From an uncultured Pseudomonadota bacterium (GTDB taxonomy: Bacteria > Myxococcota_A > Polyangia > Fen-1088): a stretch of 64,000 nucleotides of DNA. Below, piece after piece: positions 14,014 to 24,578 of this stretch (within the stretch, counting starts at the first letter, position 1; each line of letters begins with the position of its first letter). The DNA is taken from positions 128,001 through 192,000 of the forward strand of contig CAWKBC010000032.1 in assembly GCA_963847705.1 (NCBI GenBank). Direction: 5' to 3'. Made by a program: the position numbers and the translations under genes. The notes under the pieces were generated by a model. It did no database searches and was not told the origin of the DNA. It saw nothing but the letters and a program-made list of their open reading frames with translations.

Positions 14014-14832
14014 TCAGGCCGCGTGGCGCAGGAAGTAAGCGAGCAACACCAGCATCGCGCCGCCGAAGCCGCCCAGCGTCAGCCAGGCCGCCCGGCGGCC
14101 GCGCCAGCCGGCACCGACCCGCGCGATCAAGAGGACGCCGAACGCGGCCCAGGTCGCCAGCGCGAAGATGTACTCGGGGCGCAGCGCGGCCGCCTGCCGC
14201 ACCAGGCCCAGCCGCGCCACCCAGATCGCCCCGGTCACGATGGCCACCGTGAACACCGGAAAGCCGATCGAGACGCAGCGGAGCGCCAGGCGGTCGAGCG
14301 TCTCGAGCGGCGTCCCCCGCCCCATCATCCGTTCGAACTGCTTGCGCTTGAGCTGCCGGTCCTCGAACAGATAGAGGAGCGCCAGCACGGCGGCCAGCGC
14401 GAACACCGCGACGCCGATGACCGCCAGCAGGATGTGCACCTGCCCGAGCGAGCTCATGTGCGGCGCGTCGGCCTCCGCGGGAACGACCCGGGCCAGGACC
14501 AGCAACGCCAGCGCCGCCGGGACGGCGAACGCGCCCGCGGCCGCCAGCCGGTAGCGGAGGGAGGCCAGGAAATATCCCGCCGCGATCAGGAAGGCCACCA
14601 GCGACATCGCCTCCGGCGTCGACGAGATGGGGTTCACGCCGTGGATGCAGCGGGCACCGATGTCGCAGAGGTGCAGCCCCACGCCGGCGGCCAGCACGGC
14701 GTGGGCGACCCCCACGGCGCGGGCGCGCTCCGCGATGGCGCCGCCACTCATGGAGCGCCCCAGCAAATAGCCGAGGTAGATGGTGGCCGCGAGCGCGTAG
14801 ACCCCGATCACCAGCGCCGTCAAGGTCGCCAC
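14014..14832 (-). CDS. Cytochrome c assembly family (CcsA/HemX-like) membrane protein
   Basis: Multiple TM helices, HILLA, LETLDRL, GWRGRRAAWL; directly upstream of hemA. Confidence 0.85.
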   Translation of the reverse strand: MATLTALVIGVYALAATIYLGYLLGRSMSGGAIAERARAVGVAHAVLAAGVGLHLCDIGARCIHGVNPISSTPEAMSLVAFLIAAGYFLASLRYRLAAAGAFAVPAALALLVLARVVPAEADAPHMSSLGQVHILLAVIGVAVFALAAVLALLYLFEDRQLKRKQFERMMGRGTPLETLDRLALRCVSIGFPVFTVAIVTGAIWVARLGLVRQAAALRPEYIFALATWAAFGVLLIARVGAGWRGRRAAWLTLGGFGGAMLVLLAYFLRHAA

Positions 14833-14931
14833 ACCCTAGATTTACCACGCGGGGCCGGCGACGGCGCGTTCAGGAGTCGGAGCCCCTCGTCACGCTTGGA
14901 CCGGACCGTCGGGCGTGCTAAGCCATGGCGC

Positions 14932-15261
14932 ATGGCAAGCGAGAACATCGTCGAGGTCACCGACTCGAACTTCCAAACCGAGATCCTGGCCTCCAAACTT
15001 CCCGTGCTGGTCGACTTCTGGGCGGTCTGGTGCTCCCCGTGCCGCGCCATCGCGCCGCACGTCGAGGCGCTGGCCAAGGAGTACGACGGCAAGGTCCGCG
15101 TCGGAAAGTGCGACATCGACTCGAACTCCGAGGTCGCCACCCAGTACGACATCCGCAGCATCCCGACGCTGCTGGTCTTCAAGGAGGGGAAGGTCGTCGG
15201 TCAGGTCGTCGGCGCCGTCCCCCGCGCGAAGATCGAAGACCTGATCAAAAAGGCGCTCTAA
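14932..15261 (+). CDS. trxA: Thioredoxin
   Basis: VLVDFWAVWCSPCRAIAP, IRSIPTLLVFK. Confidence 0.95.
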   Translation: MASENIVEVTDSNFQTEILASKLPVLVDFWAVWCSPCRAIAPHVEALAKEYDGKVRVGKCDIDSNSEVATQYDIRSIPTLLVFKEGKVVGQVVGAVPRAKIEDLIKKAL

Positions 15262-15266
15262 CAAGT

Positions 15267-15362
15267 CGGGGACCTGAGAGGGTCCCCGTGCCCCCGCGAA
15301 GGACTCCACCGGGCCCTGGGTCCCCGCGCAGCTCCGCCTGCGCGGGGTGGATCAAAGCCCGG
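15267..15362. other. Structured intergenic element (multiple hairpins) between convergent genes
   Basis: CGGGGACC/GGTCCCCG 8-bp stem; CCCCGCGCAG/CTGCGCGGGG 10-bp stem nested inside CCGGGC/GCCCGG. Confidence 0.5.
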
Positions 15363-15384
15363 CTCCGTCCACGCGATCGTCGCT

Positions 15385-17028
<1,644 letters not shown>

Positions 17029-17120
17029 GGGGCCACTGTAGAGCGGCAATTGTCATCGAATTGTAATTCCTTGTGTTTCTTTGTGCGCAATGTAGGTGCG
17101 GCGGTTATTCTGATCGATAC

Positions 17121-17972
17121 GTGGCGGAAACAAGCGCGCCCAACGCAGAGGCGATCGGAGTCTGGAACGAGGTCCTGGTGCCGAAGTTCACCCGCTTCCG
17201 GAGGGTGCTGGCCGACGGCTTCTCCGTCCACAGCCAGCGCGCGTTGCAGATGCACCCCGTCCACGAGGGCGAGCGGGTGCTGGATGTCGGGTGCGGGTTC
17301 GGCGAGACGACGATCGAGCTGGCCCGCGCGACCGGAAGCGCGCTGGGGATCGACTGCTGCGAGCCGTTCCTGGCGGTCGGCCGCGCCGACGCCGCGCGCG
17401 CCGGCGTCGCGGGCGCCGCGTTCGAGCTGGCCGACGGACAGACGGTGAAGTTCGAGCAGCCGTTCGACGTCTGCTTCGCGCGCTTCGGGACCATGTTCTT
17501 CGTCAACCCGGCGGCGGCGATGGCGAACCTGCGCCGCGCGCTCCGGCCGGGCGGGCGCCTCCTGATGATCGTCTGGCGGCGGATCGAGGACAACTCCCCC
17601 TTCTGGACGGCCAAGCAGGTGGCGCGCAAGTATCTGCCGCCGCCAGCGGACGAGGCGCCGAGCTGCGGACCCGGCCCCTTTTCGATGGCCGATGCCGACA
17701 CGGTCGGCGCGGTCCTGAAGGCCGCCGGCTGGTCGGAGGTGGCGTTCGAAAGGGTCGACGCCGACATCTGGATCGGCGACACCGTCGACGACGCGCTCGC
17801 CTTTCAGCTGGCCATCGGCCCGACCGGCGAGATCGTGCGCGACGCGGGCGCGCTCGGGGAGGAGAAGCGCCCGGTCATCATCGAGGAGCTGAGCGGGACA
17901 CTGGCCCAGTTTCAGAGGCCGGGCGGCGTCTTCATGCCGACCAGCTCCTGGTGCGTGACCGCGCGGGCCTGA
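17121..17972 (+). CDS. Class I SAM-dependent methyltransferase
   Basis: VLDVGCGFG, FARFGTMFF, LRPGGRL, PGPFSMAD. Confidence 0.88.
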   Translation: MAETSAPNAEAIGVWNEVLVPKFTRFRRVLADGFSVHSQRALQMHPVHEGERVLDVGCGFGETTIELARATGSALGIDCCEPFLAVGRADAARAGVAGAAFELADGQTVKFEQPFDVCFARFGTMFFVNPAAAMANLRRALRPGGRLLMIVWRRIEDNSPFWTAKQVARKYLPPPADEAPSCGPGPFSMADADTVGAVLKAAGWSEVAFERVDADIWIGDTVDDALAFQLAIGPTGEIVRDAGALGEEKRPVIIEELSGTLAQFQRPGGVFMPTSSWCVTARA

Positions 17973-17988
17973 CCAAGCCGCCGGCGTC

Positions 17989-18348
17989 TCAGACCTTCGG
18001 CTTGTCGTCGGCCAGCGCGTAGAGCCCCAGGCAGCCGTTCGCCAGGTGGCGGACCTCGGCGGCCAGCGCGTCGCTGTCCGCGGCGTCCTGGCAGCGGGCC
18101 AGGATCTGCAGGAGCGCGTCCCGGCTGCGCCGGACCTCGGCGGCCAGCCAGCGGATGTCGTCCTCGCACCCGTGCGCGCTGCCGAGATGTCCCCGCTCGA
18201 GCTCCCGCAGCCGCCACTCGAACAGCTCCAGCCGCCCCGCCAGCTTGCCGTGCCCCATGCAATCGCGGCAGACGAGGGGGCCCTGATCGGTGACGATCTC
18301 CCCCTGCCCGTAGCAAGTCGCGCAGGTCTCGGCGGCCGCGGTGCTCAT
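17989..18348 (-). CDS. Small hypothetical protein with DnaJ-type CxxCxGxG zinc finger
   Basis: CATCYGQG and CRDCMGHG. Confidence 0.7.
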   Translation of the reverse strand: MSTAAAETCATCYGQGEIVTDQGPLVCRDCMGHGKLAGRLELFEWRLRELERGHLGSAHGCEDDIRWLAAEVRRSRDALLQILARCQDAADSDALAAEVRHLANGCLGLYALADDKPKV

Positions 18349-18422
18349 CGTCGACAGATAGCGCGACGCACGTTTCGCCGGCGTAACGGGAAGGCGCGGA
18401 GCGGGTTAACGGGGCGTCGAGA

Positions 18423-19871
18423 TTAGTAGAGGTACATCATGCGGACGCGAACGCTGAACATGTCGTCGTCGTAGGGATTCGCGGTCACGATGTTGTCGAA
18501 GTGAGACTTGGCATAGGCGCCGACGACCTTGAGGTAGAGCTGGCGATAGAAGAGGTATTGAACGGCGGCGTAGACCTGAATGTTGGTCGTTCGCTCGTTG
18601 TTCGGCATGTTCAAGTTCTGGAAAGTGGCATAGTTCCCGCCCAGCCCGACCAAGAGGTTGGGGAGCAGCGCCGGAACCGGCGAGGCATCGACGAACCCGC
18701 CGAAGCTGAGCCGATTGCCCGAAGCGGGGAAGTCCGGACCATGCGAGTTCGAGTCCGCGAGGTCGACGACCGCATAACCGAAGTTGACGCTCGCCTCGAC
18801 GAACGGCGCCAGCACGACCTGGGCGGAGGCCGCGCCGCCGCGGTTCTTCGCTGTCTTCAAGAACATCGGCTGGGAATCGATCGCCTTCTCGTACTGATAC
18901 TCGAGCGCCCCCCGCAACTTGAACCAACCTATGTCGAAGATGGCGGCGGGCCGACCCCCGACGATGTTGACCGATCCGTCGTTTCCGAACTGACCCAAAG
19001 CCTCTAACCGCAGGAACGGGAACGGGTACCCGTGGAAGGCCACGTCTCCCACCTTGGGCGCGTTTGGCCGATAGAGCATGAAGTCCGCCGCGTAGAGCTG
19101 GGCCACCCGCGTCGGTCCGTTGGGGCCGCCCGACGAGACCGGATCGTAGGCGCCCCCTCGCTCGTACGTGTTCAGATCCAGGCCCATCCCCAGGGGATAG
19201 ACGTCGAAGGCTTGAAACCGACCCACCGTCACGTCCCAGGACTGAAGCCCGCCCGTGCGGACCCAAACATCGTCGGCGGCCACGACGCCGTCCGGCAGCC
19301 CGTTGGTCCCCTGGGGATAGTACTGGTTCATGTTGGCGACGATCTCGGCCTGCGCCTGCACGAACCAATCGCCGCTCACGTAGGTGGGAGTCACCCGCAG
19401 CAGGAACCGGCCCTGATCGAGCAGCTCCTGTGTGGTCGGGGGGATGTTCGGGTTGCCGCTGCGAATCAGGCGGTAGTTCCCGTCGACCCAGCCGTAGCCA
19501 GAGATCCCGACGCCGGTGTGGGGCATGTACGGCCACTGCAGCCCCTGCATGTCCAGCCACAGCGGCCCCCCGTAGAGCCCTCGGGTGTAAGGCTCCGGAT
19601 ACGCCGACGCTGGAAGATGCTCGACGATCCCCGGCGAGATGTTGACGGCCGGCTGGGTGGGCGCCGAGGCCGGAGCCGGAGGAACCGCCGACTTGGACGG
19701 CACGGCCTCCGGCGGGCCCCCCGGGGGCGTCACCGCCGGCGGAGTCTCCGCGAACGGGTCGGCGTCGCTCGCGCGCGCTCCGCCGGCGCAAACCAAGACT
19801 GCGAGCGCAGTGGCGACGGTACCGACGATGATCGAATGGACCCGCTGCTTCTTGATTCGGACGTCGGTCAT
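18423..19871 (-). CDS. Putative outer-membrane beta-barrel protein
   Basis: Signal peptide (GGARA), Pro-rich linker, alternating amphipathic strands, aromatic C-terminus (VRMMYLY). Confidence 0.65.
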   Translation of the reverse strand: MTDVRIKKQRVHSIIVGTVATALAVLVCAGGARASDADPFAETPPAVTPPGGPPEAVPSKSAVPPAPASAPTQPAVNISPGIVEHLPASAYPEPYTRGLYGGPLWLDMQGLQWPYMPHTGVGISGYGWVDGNYRLIRSGNPNIPPTTQELLDQGRFLLRVTPTYVSGDWFVQAQAEIVANMNQYYPQGTNGLPDGVVAADDVWVRTGGLQSWDVTVGRFQAFDVYPLGMGLDLNTYERGGAYDPVSSGGPNGPTRVAQLYAADFMLYRPNAPKVGDVAFHGYPFPFLRLEALGQFGNDGSVNIVGGRPAAIFDIGWFKLRGALEYQYEKAIDSQPMFLKTAKNRGGAASAQVVLAPFVEASVNFGYAVVDLADSNSHGPDFPASGNRLSFGGFVDASPVPALLPNLLVGLGGNYATFQNLNMPNNERTTNIQVYAAVQYLFYRQLYLKVVGAYAKSHFDNIVTANPYDDDMFSVRVRMMYLY

Positions 19872-19886
19872 TCGTTTCCTGTCTGT

Positions 19887-22529
19887 TTATTGGGTGACGG
19901 TGAACGTGTCGGAGAGCGAGCACCCCACGCCGCCGCCGCCCGTGCACGGATTCGAGACCGCGCCGGCGTTCGGCGCCACGATGACATTCACGGGGCCCGG
20001 CTCGACGGCCCACGCCGACTGCGCCGTGTTCCAGTACTTGAGGTCCTTCATCCGCAGCGGGATGGTGATCTCCTTCGCGTCGCCCGTCGTCCCCTTGGCC
20101 GCCAGCGACACACGGTAGAAGCCTTTCAGCTCCTTGTAGTTGCCGGCGCGATTGGTCACCGAGGTGTTGGGGTACTGCACGAAGACGAACACCGTCTCGG
20201 TGCCGGCGACGGCGCTCTGGTTGTAGACGTCGACCTTGATCGGGACGACCCCGTCGGAGGGGACCGTCGAGCAGGGGACCTGCAGGTTCTGATAGCTGAA
20301 CGTCGTGTACGAGAGGCCGTACCCGAACGGGAACGATCCCTGAGCGGGCGTGAGCGCCGTATTGTTGTGGTCGAAGTACTGGTAGCCGACCCAGTAGCTC
20401 ATCGTCGTGCTGCCGCTCGGGTCCGCGAATTCCGGCCAGTGACTCACGGTCGTGTCCCAGGTGACCGGCAGCTTGCCACTGAAGTTGGCGTCGCCAAACA
20501 GGAGCCGCGCCAGCGCGGTCCCGCCGACCATGCCCGGGTACCAAGCCATCACCACGGCCGGGACCTTCGAGTACCAGGACGACATGTCGATGATGCCGCC
20601 GGCCTCCAGGACCACCACCATCGGCTTGCCGGCCGCCGCGACGTCGGAGATGAGCTGGTTCTGCGTCCCGGAGGCCACCTTGGGGTCGAGGCTGAGGACC
20701 ACCTGGTGCGAGGTCGAGGTGATGCCGCCGGTGGTGCGATCGCCCGCCCCCGTGTACTCCTCTCCTTCGTCCCCGGGCGTCAGGCCCGCCATCACGACGG
20801 CGAAGTCGAACCCGGCGCTGATCGCGTCGGAGGCTTTGTTGTACTCGGTGACGAGGATGCCGCTGGCGGCGGCCGTCAGGCCGGCCAGCGGATCGACGCT
20901 CTTGGCGGGATCCGAGAACACGCGCGAAGACCCGGCGTCGCCCGTCCGGACGTTGGAGGCGAAGTCGATGAAGCAGCCGGTGCTCCCATTCGAGGTGCAG
21001 TCCTGGCTGCCGGTCTCCTGCAGGGAGAACTGCACGCTGGCCCCGATGACGGCGAGCTTCTTCACGGCTGATCGGCTGATCGGCAACGTGTTGTTGTCGT
21101 TCTTGAGGAGGACCATACCCTCCTCCGCCGCCAGCTCGGCGAGCTGGACGTGGCTCATGCCGATCGCCGGATCGGTCTGATCATTTTTCTGGATGGACGA
21201 GTTCGAGTCCAGCGTGGTGAAGGCCGGCTGAAGCCCGTAGCCGCTGGTAAGGTCGGCGTGGAAGCGGTACTTCTGCTCCAGGATCTGCTCGGTCGCCGTG
21301 ACGAGCTTGGCGTCCTGCAGCCCGCCGGAGTTGACCAGACTGGTGAGCTCGAGGAAGTTGTAACGCCAGGGCAACTCCATGTCCAAGCCGGCGTTGACCG
21401 CCGCGGTCGTCAGCGGATCGGCCGCCGAGCCAGGGCTGCAGCAGCCGGGGGCGCTGCTGCCATTCATGGCCCACCAGTCGGTCAGGACGAATCCCTGGAA
21501 TCCGAACTCGCTGCGGAGCATGTCGGTGAGAAGGACGCTGTTCTGGGTCGAGTGCGTGCCATTGACCAGGTTGTAAGACGCCATCACCGAAGCGGCCCCG
21601 CCCTCTTCGACGATCATCTCGAAGTGACGCCCGTACTTTTCGCGCAGGGTCTGCGCGTCGATGGTGGCATTGGCGGTGCCACGGCCGTCCTCGATGTTGT
21701 TGGCGGCGTAGTGCTTCACGCAAGCACCGACGTGCTGCTGAAGACCCATGGCGAACGCGCTCCCCAGGCGACCGAGCAGAAAGCTGTCTTCGCCGTAGGT
21801 CTCCTGGGAGCGTCCCCAGGCCGGATGGCGCAAGATGTTGACGGTCGGCGCCAGCATCATCGTGTTGCCCGAGGCCAACATCTCGTCGCCGATGGCCACG
21901 CCGACCTTGTACTCGAGATCGACGTCGAACGAGGCACCACGCCCGATCGCCACCGGAAATGCCGTGGAGAAGTCCTTCTTGCCGTCGGCGGTCGCGTTCA
22001 GGTTGACGCCGCGGGGCCCGTCCCGGAAGTACCAGCCGCGGATGCCGCGCGCCGTGTTGTCCTCTTGATTGAAGACGTTGTAGTTGGCGGACCCGCTCTG
22101 CTGAACGCCGCTCATCTGCTGCGCGCGCTCCGTGTCCGACATCGACATGGCGACGGACATTGCGTTCGAGCGGATCGTCGCGTCGGCCGTGTAGCCCGCG
22201 GTGTACGGCAGCGGATCGGTCGTCGCCGACGCGCAGGCCGTCTTCGTGGGGGAGCCCCCGCTGCCCGACCCGCCCGCGTCCGTGTTGTTGCCGCCCCCCC
22301 CGCCCGCCGACGAGCCGCCCGACCCGGTCAGAATGACCTCGCCGCCGCCCGAGCCGGTGCTGCCGCCGGTCACGCCCACGTTCCCCCCCGTGCCGAATCC
22401 GCTCCCACCAGTGCCTGTTCCTGATCCGCCAGAGCCGGTCCCGATACGCGCCGGCGCCTTGCAACCAAAGGACAGGACGGCTGAGAGCGCGCTCACGGAA
22501 AGAAGCGAGAAAAAGCTACGGTGCAACAT
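19887..22529 (-). CDS. Glycoside hydrolase family 3 lipoprotein (beta-glucosidase/xylosidase-like) with Fn3-like C-terminus
   Basis: Lipobox LSFGC, Gly-rich linker, DGPRGV, WGRSQETYGED, KHY, VMASYN, VLTDW, VLLKN, FPFGYGLSYTTF. Confidence 0.93.
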   Translation of the reverse strand: MLHRSFFSLLSVSALSAVLSFGCKAPARIGTGSGGSGTGTGGSGFGTGGNVGVTGGSTGSGGGEVILTGSGGSSAGGGGGNNTDAGGSGSGGSPTKTACASATTDPLPYTAGYTADATIRSNAMSVAMSMSDTERAQQMSGVQQSGSANYNVFNQEDNTARGIRGWYFRDGPRGVNLNATADGKKDFSTAFPVAIGRGASFDVDLEYKVGVAIGDEMLASGNTMMLAPTVNILRHPAWGRSQETYGEDSFLLGRLGSAFAMGLQQHVGACVKHYAANNIEDGRGTANATIDAQTLREKYGRHFEMIVEEGGAASVMASYNLVNGTHSTQNSVLLTDMLRSEFGFQGFVLTDWWAMNGSSAPGCCSPGSAADPLTTAAVNAGLDMELPWRYNFLELTSLVNSGGLQDAKLVTATEQILEQKYRFHADLTSGYGLQPAFTTLDSNSSIQKNDQTDPAIGMSHVQLAELAAEEGMVLLKNDNNTLPISRSAVKKLAVIGASVQFSLQETGSQDCTSNGSTGCFIDFASNVRTGDAGSSRVFSDPAKSVDPLAGLTAAASGILVTEYNKASDAISAGFDFAVVMAGLTPGDEGEEYTGAGDRTTGGITSTSHQVVLSLDPKVASGTQNQLISDVAAAGKPMVVVLEAGGIIDMSSWYSKVPAVVMAWYPGMVGGTALARLLFGDANFSGKLPVTWDTTVSHWPEFADPSGSTTMSYWVGYQYFDHNNTALTPAQGSFPFGYGLSYTTFSYQNLQVPCSTVPSDGVVPIKVDVYNQSAVAGTETVFVFVQYPNTSVTNRAGNYKELKGFYRVSLAAKGTTGDAKEITIPLRMKDLKYWNTAQSAWAVEPGPVNVIVAPNAGAVSNPCTGGGGVGCSLSDTFTVTQ

Positions 22530-22778
22530 GAAAATAGGCTTCTCCTTACATCGAGTGGGGGCCTCATCCGACCATCTTGGATGAGGGGATCTCGGAGCCT
22601 AACACCCCACTGGTTACACCGAAATCGGCCCCAATGGCCAGCGGAATGCCGACGCAAGACGCGCGCGAAACCGTCCGCCAGAGGCTGAATTACCGGAAGG
22701 ACACCTACTCGAGGCCGAGAGCACGAGACTACTCCAAGCAGCCAGGTGCTCTTTCGGGGCAGCACCAGTTAATCTCTA

Positions 22779-23025
22779 CTGGTCTCTACGCCGCTAGAGG
22801 ATGGTGATCCCATCGGCGATGTCGCCGTGCGAATCGTCCTCGCAGGCGGAGCAGAGCGCCGCATCGACGAGCATCGCGACCAGGGCGCCTCGACGCACGT
22901 CCGGTCCGCCTTGGTTGGCAATCGCCGCCGGCTGTGTCGGCCATCGATCTGGCAATCGTATCCGCCGGACCGATGGGAAGCCCGGGCGCCCCCGCTGCCT
23001 CCGTCATTTCCAGTTCGGCCAAAGA
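22779..23025 (-). pseudogene. Degenerate duplicate of the dusB 3' end plus the 5' end of the neighbouring lipoprotein gene
   Basis: 22801-22860 matches 24481-24540 at 51/60 nt (hand count); LAELEMTEAAGAPGLPIGPADTIARSMA vs DusB FAELQAAEAAGSPRPLIAPADPVAKSMA; in-frame TAG in the lipoprotein copy. Confidence 0.8.
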
Positions 23026-23569
23026 GAGCCGGACGCGCATCAGCGCGCGAAAGGGGAGATCGGTCCGTTCGAACGGGCACACCCAATCGATCCTCGTGGT
23101 CATGGCGGCTCATTCGCTCCGTCTGGACCTGGCTCTTGGCAGACCCATTTTCAGGCCAGCCAGGGAGCCGCCGGTACTCACCCACATTCAACGGAGGTCG
23201 AGACATCGATCATAGCCGGGAGATCGAGGATGGCGTTGGCGATGTCCTTTGCCGCGGCCTAATCCGCGACGGTCACGTTCGCCGCGGACCGCGCGATTCC
23301 GTACACCGGACGACAGGAACTACCCGAGACGCCTGGGCATCTTCAACCACGTCCAACCTCCTGGGCATCCCTCTGTTGCCCAGCTGTGCTGAGCGTAACT
23401 CGACGCGACGATTGGAGGCGCCGGGAGTCGAACACTTCACTCAACCCCGATCCTTCGCCTTGCACAGATTCCCGCGCGCAACCACTCGGTTCGAGTTTTG
23501 GACGGTTGGATCAGTTTGGGCAACCGATGGACAGGCCTCTCCCCATGATCGTTTTCGGCTGACCCACGG

Positions 23570-23999
23570 TGCGTGGGGTGATAATGAACTCGACATCCTT
23601 ACGACCGCCGAGGGCGATGTCGCGCATGTAGCTTGGAATGGACCGTCAGGACCGAACGGTGGTTGGTACAACGGTTACGAGTCAATAACCGGCGCGCTTG
23701 GTAGCAATTCGCCCTCAGGCACCCCTGCGATCGCGTCCTGGGGTCCTAACCGACTCGATGCTTTCGTGATTGATAGGAACAATAATTTGATGCACGCCTG
23801 GTGGGATGGCAACTGGCACGGAGATTGGGAAAACCCGTTTGCAACTGATGCGGTTGGCGATCCAGTGGTGATCTCTCGGAATCCAGGGCAAGTCGAGGTC
23901 TTCTATCGAACTCACTCCGGGTCGCTCTCCCATTTTTTTTATAATGGAAGTAGTTGGCTCAGTCAGCCTGGCATCTTGCCCGTCGGTTCGATCCAGTAG
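23570..23999 (+). pseudogene. Lower-GC fragment of a Trp-rich beta-propeller lectin (PLL/fungal fucose-lectin-like), about 3 blades, no convincing start
   Basis: PAIASWGPNRLDAFVIDRNNNLMHAWWDGNWHGDWE; DPVVISRNPGQVEVFYRTHSGSLSHFFYNGSSW. Confidence 0.6.
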
Positions 24000-24068
24000 G
24001 TTCGAGTTCGCTCCGCTCTTCTCGCGTCTTGCGATACCGACCGGGTACACGCCGCTTGGGCCGAAGGC

Positions 24069-24578
24069 CTAAGGATTCGGTCCAGACCCGACCGGATCCG
24101 GCGCGCCGACGGTGGACGGTGCGCCCGGAATTCCGCCGTCGCCGAAGAGGAGCGGTCCCTCGCCGGCGGCGCGCTTGCGGGCGATCTCGCCGATGGCGTC
24201 GCGTGCCCGGGCGCCGCGCGCGTCGCTGTCGGCGGCCCAGGTCGCGAGGACCGCCTCGGCGGCGGCGCGGACGTCGGGCGTGATGTCGTAGAGCGCCGTG
24301 TGGCGGAGGATCGGCACCGCCTCGCCGTCGCCGATGCGGGCCATCGCGGCGATCAGGTGCAGCCGGCCTGTGGGCGCCGAGGTGTGCAGCGAGGTCTCGA
24401 TCTGCGGGATGGCGGCGCGCTTGTAGGCGGCCAGGCGCTCCGTCGCCGGCGGGACCAGCTGATCATTGCGGCGCACCAGGATGTTGATCTCGTCGGCGAT
24501 GTCGGCGTGCGAGCCGTCCTCGCAGGCGGCCGAGAGCGCCAGGCCCGCCAGCGCCGCGATCAGGAGGTGGCGACGCAT
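24069..24578 (-). CDS. HEAT-repeat-like lipoprotein
   Basis: Lipobox LSAAC; AMARIGDGEAVPIL...DITPDVRAAAEAVL. Confidence 0.7.
   Translation of the reverse strand: MRRHLLIAALAGLALSAACEDGSHADIADEINILVRRNDQLVPPATERLAAYKRAAIPQIETSLHTSAPTGRLHLIAAMARIGDGEAVPILRHTALYDITPDVRAAAEAVLATWAADSDARGARARDAIGEIARKRAAGEGPLLFGDGGIPGAPSTVGAPDPVGSGPNP

Noticed and set aside
12823-14931. 812-aa ORF ending in thioredoxin, as a giant fusion protein
   Set aside because: The upstream part is the antisense shadow of hemA and ccsA; only 14932-15261 is thioredoxin-like
22827-23569. 390-aa ORF 22827..23999 as one intact gene
   Set aside because: The first half overlaps the decayed dusB duplicate on the other strand and is not protein-like; only the 3' lectin-like part is credible
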